Origin: an uncultured Acidimicrobiaceae bacterium | GTDB taxonomy: Bacteria; Actinomycetota; Acidimicrobiia; Acidimicrobiales; RAAP-2 | Reading direction: 5' to 3' | DNA length: 64,000 nucleotides | Assembly: GCA_963821105.1 (NCBI GenBank) | Contig: CAWGCO010000015.1 | Coordinates: 5,571 to 69,570, forward strand | Shown here: piece after piece, positions 9,619-19,054 of the stretch | Position numbering within the stretch: the first letter of the stretch is position 1 | Layout of the letters: each line of letters begins with the position of its first letter | Translations under genes and position numbers: made by a program | Notes under the pieces: model-generated | Told to the model about the DNA's origin: nothing | Databases searched by the model: none | What the model saw: the letters and a program-made list of their open reading frames with translations, nothing else

Positions 9619-10903
9619 TCACTGGGCGTCGGCGACTCTTTCAATGAGGCCCTCGAAGAGGTCGGTGCGGTCGCTTTGACCGCGCTCGCCGGCGTGCTTT
9701 CGCTGGCGCTTCAAGATGCTGAGGAACTGCGGGCCGGTCTCGAAGAAGCCGCAGCGCTCACAGACGCTCTCGAAGGCGCAGCCGAGGAGGGCGGGCCTCG
9801 TGCAGTGACCGTTGGCGAGCAATCGGCGATGGTCACTGACCGACGGGGTGGTGCTCGAACCTCTCGCCCGAGGCGGGGTGGCGCCCGAGAGCCCGTAGTA
9901 CTGCGCCTCGACGGCTTCGGTCACCTTGAAGTACGCGTCGGCCACGGTGTCGTCGGAGATCCGCGCGTAGACCAGCGTCATGTCCATGGAGCGATGCCCG
10001 AGCAAGGCGGCGATCGCCTCGAGGCTCATGCCCGCGTTGATGCACTGGGTGGCGAGGGTGTGGCGCAACTGGTGCGGATGGACGTGACCGACCCCCGCTC
10101 GCTTGGCGACTCCGGCCACGTAGCGATGCACCGTGCGCCGGTCGAAGGGCGCGACCGTCGTCGCGCTCGAGGAGGTGGCCCGAGCGAGAGCGCCCGCGCA
10201 CGGCCCTGTACTCGGCGATCAGGTCGACGAGCATCGGCAGGAGAGGGACGTAGCGATCGTTGTGCAGCTTGCCGATGGGGATGTAGAGACGGTGGCCGTC
10301 TCCCTTGCGCACCACGGCGTCATCTCCGAGTCCGGAGAGCTCGCCGACGCGCATCCCGGTGCGAGCCAAGAGTTCGACCATCAGACGACGCCGCAGGTTG
10401 GGGTCCTCGGCCAACGCCGCCATGAACTTGGCCGCCGTGGGATCGTCCAAGAACTTGGGCAACGGCTCGTCGAGGGCCGGGAAGTCGCTCATGTAGATGA
10501 ACAGGCGGGCTGGGGCGTCGTCGTAGTCCCACTCCATGATGCGCTCGAAGAAGGTGCGCACGGTGCTGAGCCGGTGCCGGATCGTCATGGTGGCCAAGGG
10601 CTTGCCGGTGTTGCCCCGACGCGCGGCGAGCCAGGTCTTGAAGTCCTCGATGTGGGGACGCCCGATCCGCGCGACCGACACACAACTCGGGTCGGCCTCG
10701 GTCACCCGGTGGGCGAAGAAGCGCAGCGTCATCTCGGCCGCCGCCACGGTGCCCGGACGGGCCGAGACCTCGAGTTGGTCCAGGTAGGAGGCCATGGTGG
10801 CGACCATGACCGGTGCCCGGGTGGCGATCTGGGCCCACGTGACCTCGGGTGCCCCGCCGCCGCGGCGTCGGGGTTCGGGATGTACTTGGGCGAGCGCGTT
10901 CAT
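9619..10903 (-). pseudogene. tyrosine recombinase/integrase, frameshifted
   Basis: The N-terminal ~250 aa lie in the frame of ORF 9833..10903 (ARTGMRVGELSGL). The catalytic C-terminus lies in the frame of ORF 9619..10131 (HQLRHTLATQ...LGHRSMDMTLVYA). The frame changes near 10150. It has a Cys-rich C-terminal extension. Its ATG overlaps the upstream recombinase stop (ATGA at 10900-10903). Confidence 0.8.
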
Positions 10904-11720
10904 CGGGCCACCCCCACGAGCGCCTGGGCCTCGATGGCTTCGGCGGCCCGGCGGTACTCGTCGTCGAGCCAGTCGTCGCTGAGATGCAGATAGACCCGCG
11001 TCGAGGTGATCGAGCGGTGTCCGGCCTGGGCCTGGATGGCCTCGATGGCCATGCCGGCTTCGCGCAGCCGCGTGAAGCAGGTGTGGCGCAGCTCGTGGCA
11101 GGTCCCGTGGCTGAGTTCAGCGCGTAGCCGGGCGGACCGGAAGATCTGCTGTAGACCCGGCATCGAGAGCGGTTGGCCGCGCCGTGCTCCTTTGAGCACG
11201 ACGAAGAGCGCGTCGCTCGTGGTCTGCGGGCGCTCGTGGTGCCATGTAGCGCGCCACCGTTGCGAAGAACGTGGGAGACAACGGGATCAATCGTTCGTGT
11301 CCGCCCTTGCCCTCTCTGATCAACACGCGCGACTCGCCCAGACGCAGATCGCCCAGACGAAGACCGAGCACCTCGCAACGCCGCAGGCCGCCGAGCACCA
11401 TGGCCTGGGTCATGGCACGGTCGCGTTCTGTGCGCAGCGCCTCCATCAGTTCCTCGATCTCGTCGACCTCGAGGATCCGGGGCAGTCCGCCGCACCCCGC
11501 GCACCAGCGGCAGGCCCCGCCCGCCCCGCGACCGACTCTGACGCGTCGCGATGCCCCGGGGCACCGGGTTGGCCGACACGTCGACGTCGTCACGGGTGAT
11601 CAGGTAGCCATAGAGGCTCGAGACCGCCGCCAGTCGGCGCTTGATCGTCCGGCGATCTGGGGCAGTTCAACTCGGAGCGATACCGTGCGGTTCTGTAGCC
11701 GTAGAACTCCAGTCCCCAGG
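10900..11720 (-). pseudogene. tyrosine recombinase/integrase, multiply frameshifted and N-terminally eroded
   Basis: The catalytic end is in ORF 10900..11199 (HELRHTCFTRL...AGHRSITSTRVYLH). The middle is in ORF 11117..11593 (LGGLRRCEVLGLRLGDL). An N-terminal remnant (RTIKRRLAAVSSLYGYL) sits in a third frame up to ~11700. There are at least 3 frame changes. Confidence 0.7.
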
Positions 11721-11733
11721 CGCGGCCGCCGGA

Positions 11734-12729
11734 CTATGACCAGAGTTCAGCCCGGCGCGACCACCAGGCCTCGGCGGCCGTCATCGCGGCTTCGGCCTCC
11801 CGGATCGAGTCCCCCACGAGTCCTGCGGTGGCAGCCCAGTGCAAGGGTATAAGAGCCAGAGCTCCGGGGAGCCATCTGTGCTCGTCCGGAGTCAACGGTC
11901 TCGGAGCCGTGTCTTCGTAGGCGTCGAGCAGTCGTAGCGGCTCGAGCAATTCAACCGGCTGGCCCACGCCATCGGGGCCGCTCTGCGCGACGTGGTTCAG
12001 GCTGCCCGCGATGTCGTACAGCCGCTCCCTGGCCCTCGCGAAATCCAGGTCGAAGGTGGCCCACGAGCCGTCTGATAGTTCTCCCGTGTTGCTCAGCTTG
12101 TAGTCCCCATGAATCGGAGCGCATGGCAGTTCGACCTCCTTCCGGAGCTGCGAGAGCTCGTCAGTCAGTTGACGCATCCGATGCACGACCGGCTCGCTGT
12201 GGGGTCCGAGCCTGCGGCGTGTGAAGCCGACCGAGTAACGCAGTTGGCCGAAGGTTCTGTGGTCGTCGAAGGGTTCGGGCGGACTGGGATCCCAGACTGC
12301 TTTGAGCGCAGTGTGAAGGCGTCCGAGCTCCTCGAATACGCGGAGACAGGAGTCATCGTCCGCCTGTGGCTGGACATGATCGATGAACTCCTCAATCTCA
12401 GCCCAACGATCCGCGACCCTCAGGAGGTCGCAGCCGGAAATCGGAATCGGCCGAGCGACGCGGACTTGCGTCCGCTGGAGCCGTTCCCGCAAGCGCCGCA
12501 GTCCCGCGACTCGCCCGCGGCGGACCCAGGGCCTGTGAACTCGGAGGACAACCGGCGGCTCAGCGTCTATCCGCACGTTGAGGTTGAACGCACCGCCGAT
12601 GTCTGCCCATCCGGCCCCACGCGCGACGCGGTTGATCAGGGCCGAGACGGCCGGATCATCAGGGCTGGCTCTGGGTCCGAACCAGCGCGGCAAGGCAGGG
12701 GGAGAGGTCGAACCTTCGATTTCGGTCAT
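11734..12729 (-). CDS. phosphotransferase family protein (APH/choline-kinase fold)
   Basis: Catalytic loop PIHGDYKLSN and DLDFA motif. ATG at 12729 inside ORF 11734..12810. Confidence 0.8.
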   Translation of the reverse strand: MTEIEGSTSPPALPRWFGPRASPDDPAVSALINRVARGAGWADIGGAFNLNVRIDAEPPVVLRVHRPWVRRGRVAGLRRLRERLQRTQVRVARPIPISGCDLLRVADRWAEIEEFIDHVQPQADDDSCLRVFEELGRLHTALKAVWDPSPPEPFDDHRTFGQLRYSVGFTRRRLGPHSEPVVHRMRQLTDELSQLRKEVELPCAPIHGDYKLSNTGELSDGSWATFDLDFARARERLYDIAGSLNHVAQSGPDGVGQPVELLEPLRLLDAYEDTAPRPLTPDEHRWLPGALALIPLHWAATAGLVGDSIREAEAAMTAAEAWWSRRAELWS

Positions 12730-12853
12730 GGCAATGGCCGGCCAGCGGACCCGACGGAGGGTCCGCCGACGAACCCATCCTCCTCGAAGCGGGTCGATCG
12801 TGCCACGCAAGTGCCGTTAGGGGGCGGTCGTAGCGGGTCGTGATAGCGGTCGA

Positions 12854-13733
12854 TTAGCGCGTGGTCGTGGCCGGCCGCGGGGGCGGCCAGCCCGGCACCA
12901 GGCCGAGCTCTTTGCAAAGGGAGCGCGACGACACCATTTGACCGGCGTAGCCCGCGGCGGCGGGATCGTCGCCGAGCCACGCCGCAACCTCGCCGGCCAC
13001 GTCGGGCGGGGCGGGCACGTGTCCGGCACGCACCAGCACCTCGTCGGTGCCGGACGCCCGCATCGACTCCGTGAGCGTGAGGCCGGGCGCAATCGAAAAG
13101 GCCGAGATGCCGCAGTCGCCGAACTCGACCTGACACATGTCGGTGACCCGGTGGAAGGCGGCCTTGGCGGCGGCGTAGGCCACGCCCCAGCCACCGGCGC
13201 CGGCGGGGGCGGGCGGAGTGGTGAAGGCAGCCTCGGAGAGCATGTTCACCAGGCGGCCCGAGCCACGCTCGAGCATCTGGGGCACGAGCAACTGGATCAG
13301 GAGCAGCGGGTGGAGATAGTCGCCCACCAGGCAACGCTCGGCCAGTTCGAGCGGAAGGTCCAGGATGCGGTCCATGGTCCCAGGCCCTTGGTAAATCGCG
13401 TTGTTGACGAGCACGTCCACGCGCCCCCACGTCGCAAGGGCTTCGTCGGCCGCGTGCTCGACCGATGCCGCGTTGCAGAAGGTCCATGGGCACGGGGAGG
13501 CAACGCCGACCGAGGGCCTCGATCGCTGCGGCTGTCGAGTCGAGGCTCCCCGCGATAGGCACGGGCGCTGACTGGGCCAGCGTGCTCGAGGCGTGGGCCC
13601 GTCCGTCGCCCTCGTGCACGGTGCGTGCCGTGATCACGACGTCGAAGCCGCGGCGGGCCAGCGCCACTGCCGCACAGCGCCCGATGCCGCGGCTGGCACC
13701 GGTGACGAGCGCGACGCGGGAGGGTTCAGCCAT
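12854..13733 (-). pseudogene. SDR family oxidoreductase, frameshifted
   Basis: The N-terminus VALVTGASRGIGR is in the frame of ORF 12726..13733. The remainder (VLVNNA...YAAAKAA...) is in ORF 12854..13420. The frame changes near 13470. Confidence 0.8.
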
Positions 13734-13740
13734 GGCGCAC

Positions 13741-14578
13741 CTACATCATCCCGGCGATCTGGTGCCCGCCGTCGACGTTGATGACCTGGCCGTTGATGTA
13801 GTCCGAGGCGTCACTGCAGAGGAAGACGACGACCCGGGCGATGTCGGAGGGCGTCCCGAGCCGGCGGGTGGGGTTCGCGTCGGCCAGGCGCTGCTGCACG
13901 TCGTCGGGCACGTTGGCCGCGGCGGTCGCGGTCAAGATGAAGCCCGGCGCGATGGCGTTGGCGCGGATGCCGTCGCGCCCGTAGCGGACGGCCAGGTGGC
14001 GGGTGAGCTGGTTGAGCGCCGCCTTCGAGACGCCGTAGGCCACACGGGTCGACTCTGCGATGGTCCCGGTGCCCGAGGAGATCGTCACGATGGAGCCGCC
14101 CCCCGCGCCTTCATCGCCGGGATGGCGTGACGCGCCAGGAGCAAGGCGCCGCGAGTGGTCGTCTCGATCGCCCGCTCCCAGACGCCCAGGTCGACCCCAA
14201 CGGCGTCGGTGTCGAGTCGAGGGTGGCTCCAGGCTGCGTTGTGGTCGACGCAATCCACCCCGCCGAACTCGTCGACGGCGCGGGCGACGAAGGCAGCCAA
14301 CCGACTTCTCTTGGCGTACGTCGCACGACATCCCTACGGCGCTCCCACCCGCGATCGTGATCGGCGTCGCGCCACGTCTTCGGCCGCCTCTTCGTTGACG
14401 TCACCCACCGTCACTGTGGCACCCTCCTCCGCGAGGAGCAGGGCAGTGACCCGTCCGATGTCGGATGCACCCCCGCTCAGGAGGACGACCTTGCCGTCCA
14501 GCTGGCCCACGGTCAGGCCTTCACCCGGCGCCAGCCCCTCGAAGCGGGCGCGTCGATCTGCCAGGAGGGACCGGTCAT
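13741..14578 (-). pseudogene. SDR family oxidoreductase, multiply frameshifted
   Basis: GKVVLLSGGASDIGR is in the frame of 14334..14864. The middle is in 14085..14300. GGSIVTISS...YGVSKAAL...INVDGG is in 13741..14331. There are at least 3 frame changes. Confidence 0.75.
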
Positions 14579-14672
14579 GTCGCCATCGTAGGACCAGGCC
14601 CCGGGGCGGGCCGGGTCGGCTTCTCCCACGCCGAATTGGGCGTCGACCTGGGGCGCATGGCACGATCGTGGG

Positions 14673-15353
14673 GTGCGAGTGCACCGCAGCTTCGCCTTCA
14701 TCGACGTCTCGGGGTTCACTGACACTGACCGAGTTCGAGGGCGACGAGCGTGCCGTCGACGTGCTCACGGCGTTCCGTGCGTTGCTCAGGGATATCTGCG
14801 CGCGCCGCGGCGTGCGGATCGCCAAATGGCTCGGCGACGGCGCCATGTTGGTCTGCGTGGACACCCGTCCGCTGCTCGAGACGGTCCTCGAGATCCACTA
14901 CGTCGTGACCGAGGTCTCGGGGCCGGTGAAGACGGTGTCCATCCGTTCGGGCATTTCGTCGGGCGACGTCATCCTCATGGAGGGCGACGACTACGTCGGC
15001 CACTGCGTCAACGTGGCGTCGCGCCTGTGTGACTTGGCGCCGTCCTCGGAGGCGTGGGCGACGCCGACCGTCATGGAGCACCTGCCCAGTTGGGGTGTCG
15101 CCGCCGCGCCAGACCTCCGTCAGCCTGCGCGGCGTGGAGAAGCCAGTGCCGGCCTCGAGCATCCGGATGGCGGTGGCCGGCGAGGACGGCGCGACGCGAT
15201 CCCATCTGCGGACTTCCGCTCTCCCACGACACCGCGGAGGAGATCGCGCACGACGTCCGGGGATCGGTCGTGCTGTTCTGCTCAGCCGGTTGTATCGACA
15301 CCTGGCGACGCCGGCCGAGCACGAGTCGTGCGGGGGCGACGGCGGGCGACTAG
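14673..15353 (+). pseudogene. class III nucleotidyl cyclase with C-terminal YHS-type Cys motif, frameshifted
   Basis: FAFIDVSGFT (frame 14673), then KWLGDGAMLV...SGISSGDV...GHCVNVASRL (frame 14155), then DPICGLPL...FCSAGC (frame 15054). There are at least 3 frame changes. Confidence 0.7.
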
Positions 15354-15510
15354 CGCAATCAGTCCGGTGGCAGCACTCTGCCGTCGTCTGAGAGCACCCA
15401 GCCGGGGTCGTGCGCCACTTCCCAGAGGGGGCGCCAAGTGCCTCATAGAAGGAGCGGGCCCGGCCGGTGTTGGCGACACCGAGGGTGATGAGTGAGATCC
15501 GGTTGTCCAT
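15350..15510 (-). pseudogene. VOC/glyoxalase family gene remnant with internal deletion
   Basis: The N-terminus MDNRISLITLGVANTGRARSFYEALG runs directly, out of frame, into a typical C-terminus LWEVAHDPGWVLSDDGRVLPPD. The ~70-90 aa core is missing. Confidence 0.55.
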
Positions 15511-15574
15511 AGGGCAGTCATATCCCCAGCCTGCGACAGCGTCTCGACTCGAGCGGCATGTGAGTACATAGAAT

Positions 15575-16489
15575 GTGTTTATGTACCATCCAGAGTCGGG
15601 CGTCACGGAACCCCTCGACCCGGGTCGCATCGACCTGGGTCCCGAGTCACTGCTGTGGCGCTGGGCCGGCGACACCCGCATCGCGTTCATGGGGGCCACC
15701 ATCGGCCTCCTCCAGCTCATGCACCCGGCGATCGGAGCAGGTGTCTTGGAGCACTCCGACTTCTTCGGCGATCCCTACGGCCGCGTGTTCCGGTCCCTGC
15801 CCCGCATCCTGGGCGCGGTCTACGACGGCGCCGAGGCAGACGCCACCGGCCGCGAGGTCCGCGACTTCCACCGCACGATCAAGGGGGTGGACGAGGAAGG
15901 GCGGCGCTACCACGCGCTCGATCCCGAGACCTTCTGGTGGGCGCACGCCACGTTCCAGTACATGGCCGAACAGGTGGCCGATCGCTTCGATCGTCATCGC
16001 CTGACGCCAGAGGAACGCGAGCAGCTGTACCAAGAGGGCATCGAGTGGTACCGGCGCTACGGGGTGAGCGATCGGTCGGTGCCGCCCGACCGCGCCGCCT
16101 TCCAGGAGAAGTGGGACTTCTACTGCGCCGAGGTTCTCGAGCTCAACCCCGCCTCGTCGTGGGTGCTCGACTCGCTGCGGAGTTCAGCGCTGTCCGCCGA
16201 GCCTCTCGTGCCGCCGCAGTTGGCGCTGCTGCGGCCGTTGGCCAAGACGACGCTGGCCCGGCACTCGGTCTTCCGGGTGGTGCGGATGTGCGCCTTCGGC
16301 GGCCTGCCCCCGTTGGTGCGGGAGCGCTTTGGCATCGAGTGGTCGAGCGTCGACGCCGTGGCGCTCGACGGCCTCGAGCTCGCCGTGCGCAACGCGTGGC
16401 CCATCGTGCCGGCCACGGTGCGTTGGCAGCCGAGAGCGCTCGAGGGGTGGCAGCGGGTGCGGGCGGAGCAACGGACACAGGCGGCCTGA
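15575..16489 (+). CDS. oxygenase MpaB family protein (DUF2236)
   Basis: Intact 304-aa ORF. LLWRWAGD...LLQLMHPAIGAGV...FGDPYGR...FWWAHATF is typical of DUF2236. Confidence 0.75.
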   Translation: MFMYHPESGVTEPLDPGRIDLGPESLLWRWAGDTRIAFMGATIGLLQLMHPAIGAGVLEHSDFFGDPYGRVFRSLPRILGAVYDGAEADATGREVRDFHRTIKGVDEEGRRYHALDPETFWWAHATFQYMAEQVADRFDRHRLTPEEREQLYQEGIEWYRRYGVSDRSVPPDRAAFQEKWDFYCAEVLELNPASSWVLDSLRSSALSAEPLVPPQLALLRPLAKTTLARHSVFRVVRMCAFGGLPPLVRERFGIEWSSVDAVALDGLELAVRNAWPIVPATVRWQPRALEGWQRVRAEQRTQAA

Positions 16490-16491
16490 GC

Positions 16492-17136
16492 ATGCCGCGT
16501 CGCAAGGTGACCATCGAGCTCGAGCCGATGCTCGGCGCCTTCACCACGGTCTCGGTGGCCGGGTCGCCCGAGGATCGCGTCCTCGACGCCGCGGCCCACC
16601 TCATGCGCACCTACGGGTTGAAGCGCTGGAGCATGGAGGACGTCGCCGAGCAGGCGGCGCTGGGTCGGACGAGTGTGTACCGAGCGTTCTCCACGCGGGA
16701 TGAGCTCGTGCACGCCGTGTTGGCGAGGGAGCTGCGGGCCACCATCGGCGACATCACCGCCGCAGCGACGACGAGCGGCTCGGTGGAGGACGGCATCATC
16801 GAGGGCGCGCTCGTCGGCCTGGCCGCGTTGCGCCGTTCGCTCGTCGAGCAGTTGCTCCGAACCGACCCGTCGACGATCCTGCCGTTCCTCACGACGAAGG
16901 CGGGGCCACTGATCGCGCTCACGCGCCAACTCCTGGTCACGCAGGCGCGGGCGGCAGGGGCGACGATCTCGGCAGAGCATGCGGACGAGCTGGCCGAGAT
17001 CGCCGCCCGGCTGGGACTCTCGTTCGTGCTGACCCGGGAGTCGGTGTTCCCGGTCGACGACGACGAGGCGTTGCGTGCCTCGCTGCGCCGGGTGCTGCGG
17101 CCGGTGCTGTCGCCTCTCTTCACCGCGGCGACCTGA
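16492..17136 (+). CDS. TetR/AcrR family transcriptional regulator
   Basis: ATG at 16492, 3 nt after the MpaB stop. HTH MEDVAEQAALGRTSVYRAFSTRDEL. Only the last 214 codons of ORF 15655..17136 look genuine. Confidence 0.85.
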   Translation: MPRRKVTIELEPMLGAFTTVSVAGSPEDRVLDAAAHLMRTYGLKRWSMEDVAEQAALGRTSVYRAFSTRDELVHAVLARELRATIGDITAAATTSGSVEDGIIEGALVGLAALRRSLVEQLLRTDPSTILPFLTTKAGPLIALTRQLLVTQARAAGATISAEHADELAEIAARLGLSFVLTRESVFPVDDDEALRASLRRVLRPVLSPLFTAAT

Positions 17137-17150
17137 GCGGACGCGGCTGA

Positions 17151-17516
17151 TCAGGCGGTAAAGGTCCGCCCGTCCGGGGTGATCAGCGTGATGCGAACGA
17201 GACCGTCGTCGTCGGTCGAGACGCGGACGCTGATGCCGCCATCGGGCGCCGCTTCCTCCCACTCGACTTCGACGGGCAAGCCGGCGTTGAGCGCGTCCCC
17301 GATGGCGTCGAGGATGACCCGGTCGACCTCGGGCGGGAGGGCGTCGAGCACCGCCCGGGCCTCGGCCGCGAATTCTGCCTCGATGTCGTCGAGGATGGCC
17401 GAGGCCTCGAGCGCAGCGCGCACGCCGGTGTGGGCTGTGATCGCCTCTTGGACCGAATCCGGCGATCGGGCAATGGCTTCGTTGACCGCTCGGGTCACCG
17501 CGAGTGCTCCTGGCAT
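17151..17516 (-). CDS. hypothetical protein
   Basis: ATG at 17516 inside ORF 17151..17594. Acidic, Ala-rich. No family recognised. Confidence 0.4.
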   Translation of the reverse strand: MPGALAVTRAVNEAIARSPDSVQEAITAHTGVRAALEASAILDDIEAEFAAEARAVLDALPPEVDRVILDAIGDALNAGLPVEVEWEEAAPDGGISVRVSTDDDGLVRITLITPDGRTFTA

Positions 17517-17662
17517 GGCCGGGACGCTACTGCAATGGGCATGTGAAATGCAGAGAACGCACGAGTGTGAGCAGGAAGGCTGTCCTACCTCCAACGCCGG
17601 GTGTCACAATTCGGGGATGCCGCAGAGTCGCCCGCGACAGGCGGGGTAGTCAGGCAACAGAG

Positions 17663-18976
17663 ATGCTCCAGCCGCCCCCCATCCAATTCGCCCGCAACGG
17701 CCAGATGGAGCTGGCCTTCCAGGTCGCGGGCGAGGGCCCGCAGGACCTCGTCTACGTGGCCGGCGCCTACTCGATGACCCTGCAGTGGCAGGAGCACGCC
17801 TATGCCCGCGGGCTGCGTCGGCTGGCCAGTTTCTCCCGCCTCGTCACGTACGACCAGCGCGGCATGGGGTTCTCGGACCCCATCGACCCCGTCGCGCCGC
17901 CCTCGCTCGACGACCTGGTCCAAGACCTCGAGGAGGTCATCGCGGCGGCCGACGTTTCAGATCCGGTCCTATTCGGTGTGCACAACGGGGGCGCGGTCGT
18001 GGCCGCGTACGCCGCACGACATCCCGTGCGGCGCCTCGTCGTGTGCAACTCGTGGGCTCGCTTGAAGCAGGCGAGCGACTACCCGATCGGGTTCAGCGAC
18101 GAGGTCATGGCACACCTCGAGGAGCGTTACCGCGAGAATTGGGGCGAGGGAAGGATCTCGAGGTACTACGCCAAGTACCGGCCCGACCTCAACCAGCCCC
18201 AACTCGAACTCGAGTCAACGAGCCGCAGTCAGGCGCTGGCTCTCTATTACGTCAATCGGGACTACGACATTCGTGCCGTGCTGCCGTCGATCACTGCACC
18301 CACCCTGGTCGTCCATCTCGAAGACGACGTCATGGTCCCTCCGAGGTTCGGGCGCTACATCGCCGAGCAGATCCCGGGAGCGAAGTTCGCCCTCGTCCCC
18401 GGGCACGACCACAGCTTCATGCGCAACAACGCCAACGAGGTCATCGATGTCGTCGAGCTGTTCGTCACCGGCACGCGCAGCGTCTTCGTCGATCGCATGA
18501 CCACCACCATGTTGTTCACCGACATCGTGGACTCGACCGCACTGGCGTCGTCGCTCGGTGACGAACGCTGGAGCGCGCTCATCGATCAGCACAACGAACG
18601 CTTCCGCACGCGAGTGCTCGAATGCGGCGGCTTCGAGGTCAAGGGCACCGGCGACGGCTTTCTCGTCGCGTTCGAGGAGACCAACGCCGCCGTGCGGTGC
18701 GCGCTCGACGCCATCGAGTCGATCGCCGGCCTTGGGCTTGAGCTCCGGGCCGGCGTGCACATCGGCGAGGTGTCGCGCATGGGCAGTCGCGACCTGTCGG
18801 GTCTGGCCGTGCACTTCGCGCAACGACTGTGCGATCGGGCCGAGAGCGGACAGGTGCTCGTCTCCGCCGCGGTGCGCGACGAGTGCCGTGGAGGAGCGGT
18901 CCACTTCGAGGAGCGAGGTAAGGCGCAGCTCAAGGGCATCCCCGGCGAGTGGGAGGTCTTCGAAGCCCGCCTGTAG
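17663..18976 (+). CDS. alpha/beta hydrolase / class III cyclase fusion (LipJ-like), paralogue of 8142..9485
   Basis: Same architecture and collinear motifs as 8142..9485 (YDQRGMGFSDP...; MLFTDIVDSTA...GTGDGFLVAFE...GVHIGEV...GLAVHFAQRL). ATG at 17663. Confidence 0.85.
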   Translation: MLQPPPIQFARNGQMELAFQVAGEGPQDLVYVAGAYSMTLQWQEHAYARGLRRLASFSRLVTYDQRGMGFSDPIDPVAPPSLDDLVQDLEEVIAAADVSDPVLFGVHNGGAVVAAYAARHPVRRLVVCNSWARLKQASDYPIGFSDEVMAHLEERYRENWGEGRISRYYAKYRPDLNQPQLELESTSRSQALALYYVNRDYDIRAVLPSITAPTLVVHLEDDVMVPPRFGRYIAEQIPGAKFALVPGHDHSFMRNNANEVIDVVELFVTGTRSVFVDRMTTTMLFTDIVDSTALASSLGDERWSALIDQHNERFRTRVLECGGFEVKGTGDGFLVAFEETNAAVRCALDAIESIAGLGLELRAGVHIGEVSRMGSRDLSGLAVHFAQRLCDRAESGQVLVSAAVRDECRGGAVHFEERGKAQLKGIPGEWEVFEARL

Positions 18977-19017
18977 CGGCCCGGCGGGTCGGTGCGGCGG
19001 GTCCGATGGGCAGGGTC

Positions 19018-19047
19018 TTGACATGTGACTAAAAGGTCACATATAGT
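19018..19047 (+). promoter_or_regulatory. sigma-A-type promoter with embedded palindromic operator
   Basis: TTGACA (19018-19023), 18 nt spacer, TATAGT (19042-19047). The spacer holds a perfect inverted repeat, ATGTGAC-N6-GTCACAT (19023-19042). Confidence 0.55.
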
Positions 19048-19054
19048 GCCGGAA

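Larger units (their letters stand above)
9619..11720 (-). mobile_element. decayed tandem tyrosine-recombinase module at the edge of a lower-G+C island
   Basis: Two overlapping recombinase pseudogenes sit exactly where G+C content steps up. No terminal repeats or att sites were identified. Confidence 0.5.

Noticed and set aside
9619-11733. Calling the recombinase module a complete RIT (recombinase-in-trio) element
   Set aside because: Only two recombinase reading frames are recognisable. The upstream sequence to 11733 shows only the eroded N-terminus of the second one and no third gene.
14155-15495. A 446-aa plus-strand ORF taken as one gene
   Set aside because: Its first ~170 codons are a shadow of the minus-strand SDR. 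Only the central part belongs to the frameshifted cyclase. The same applies to the composite ORFs 15655..17136, 42717..44576, 21971..23956 and 12726..13733.
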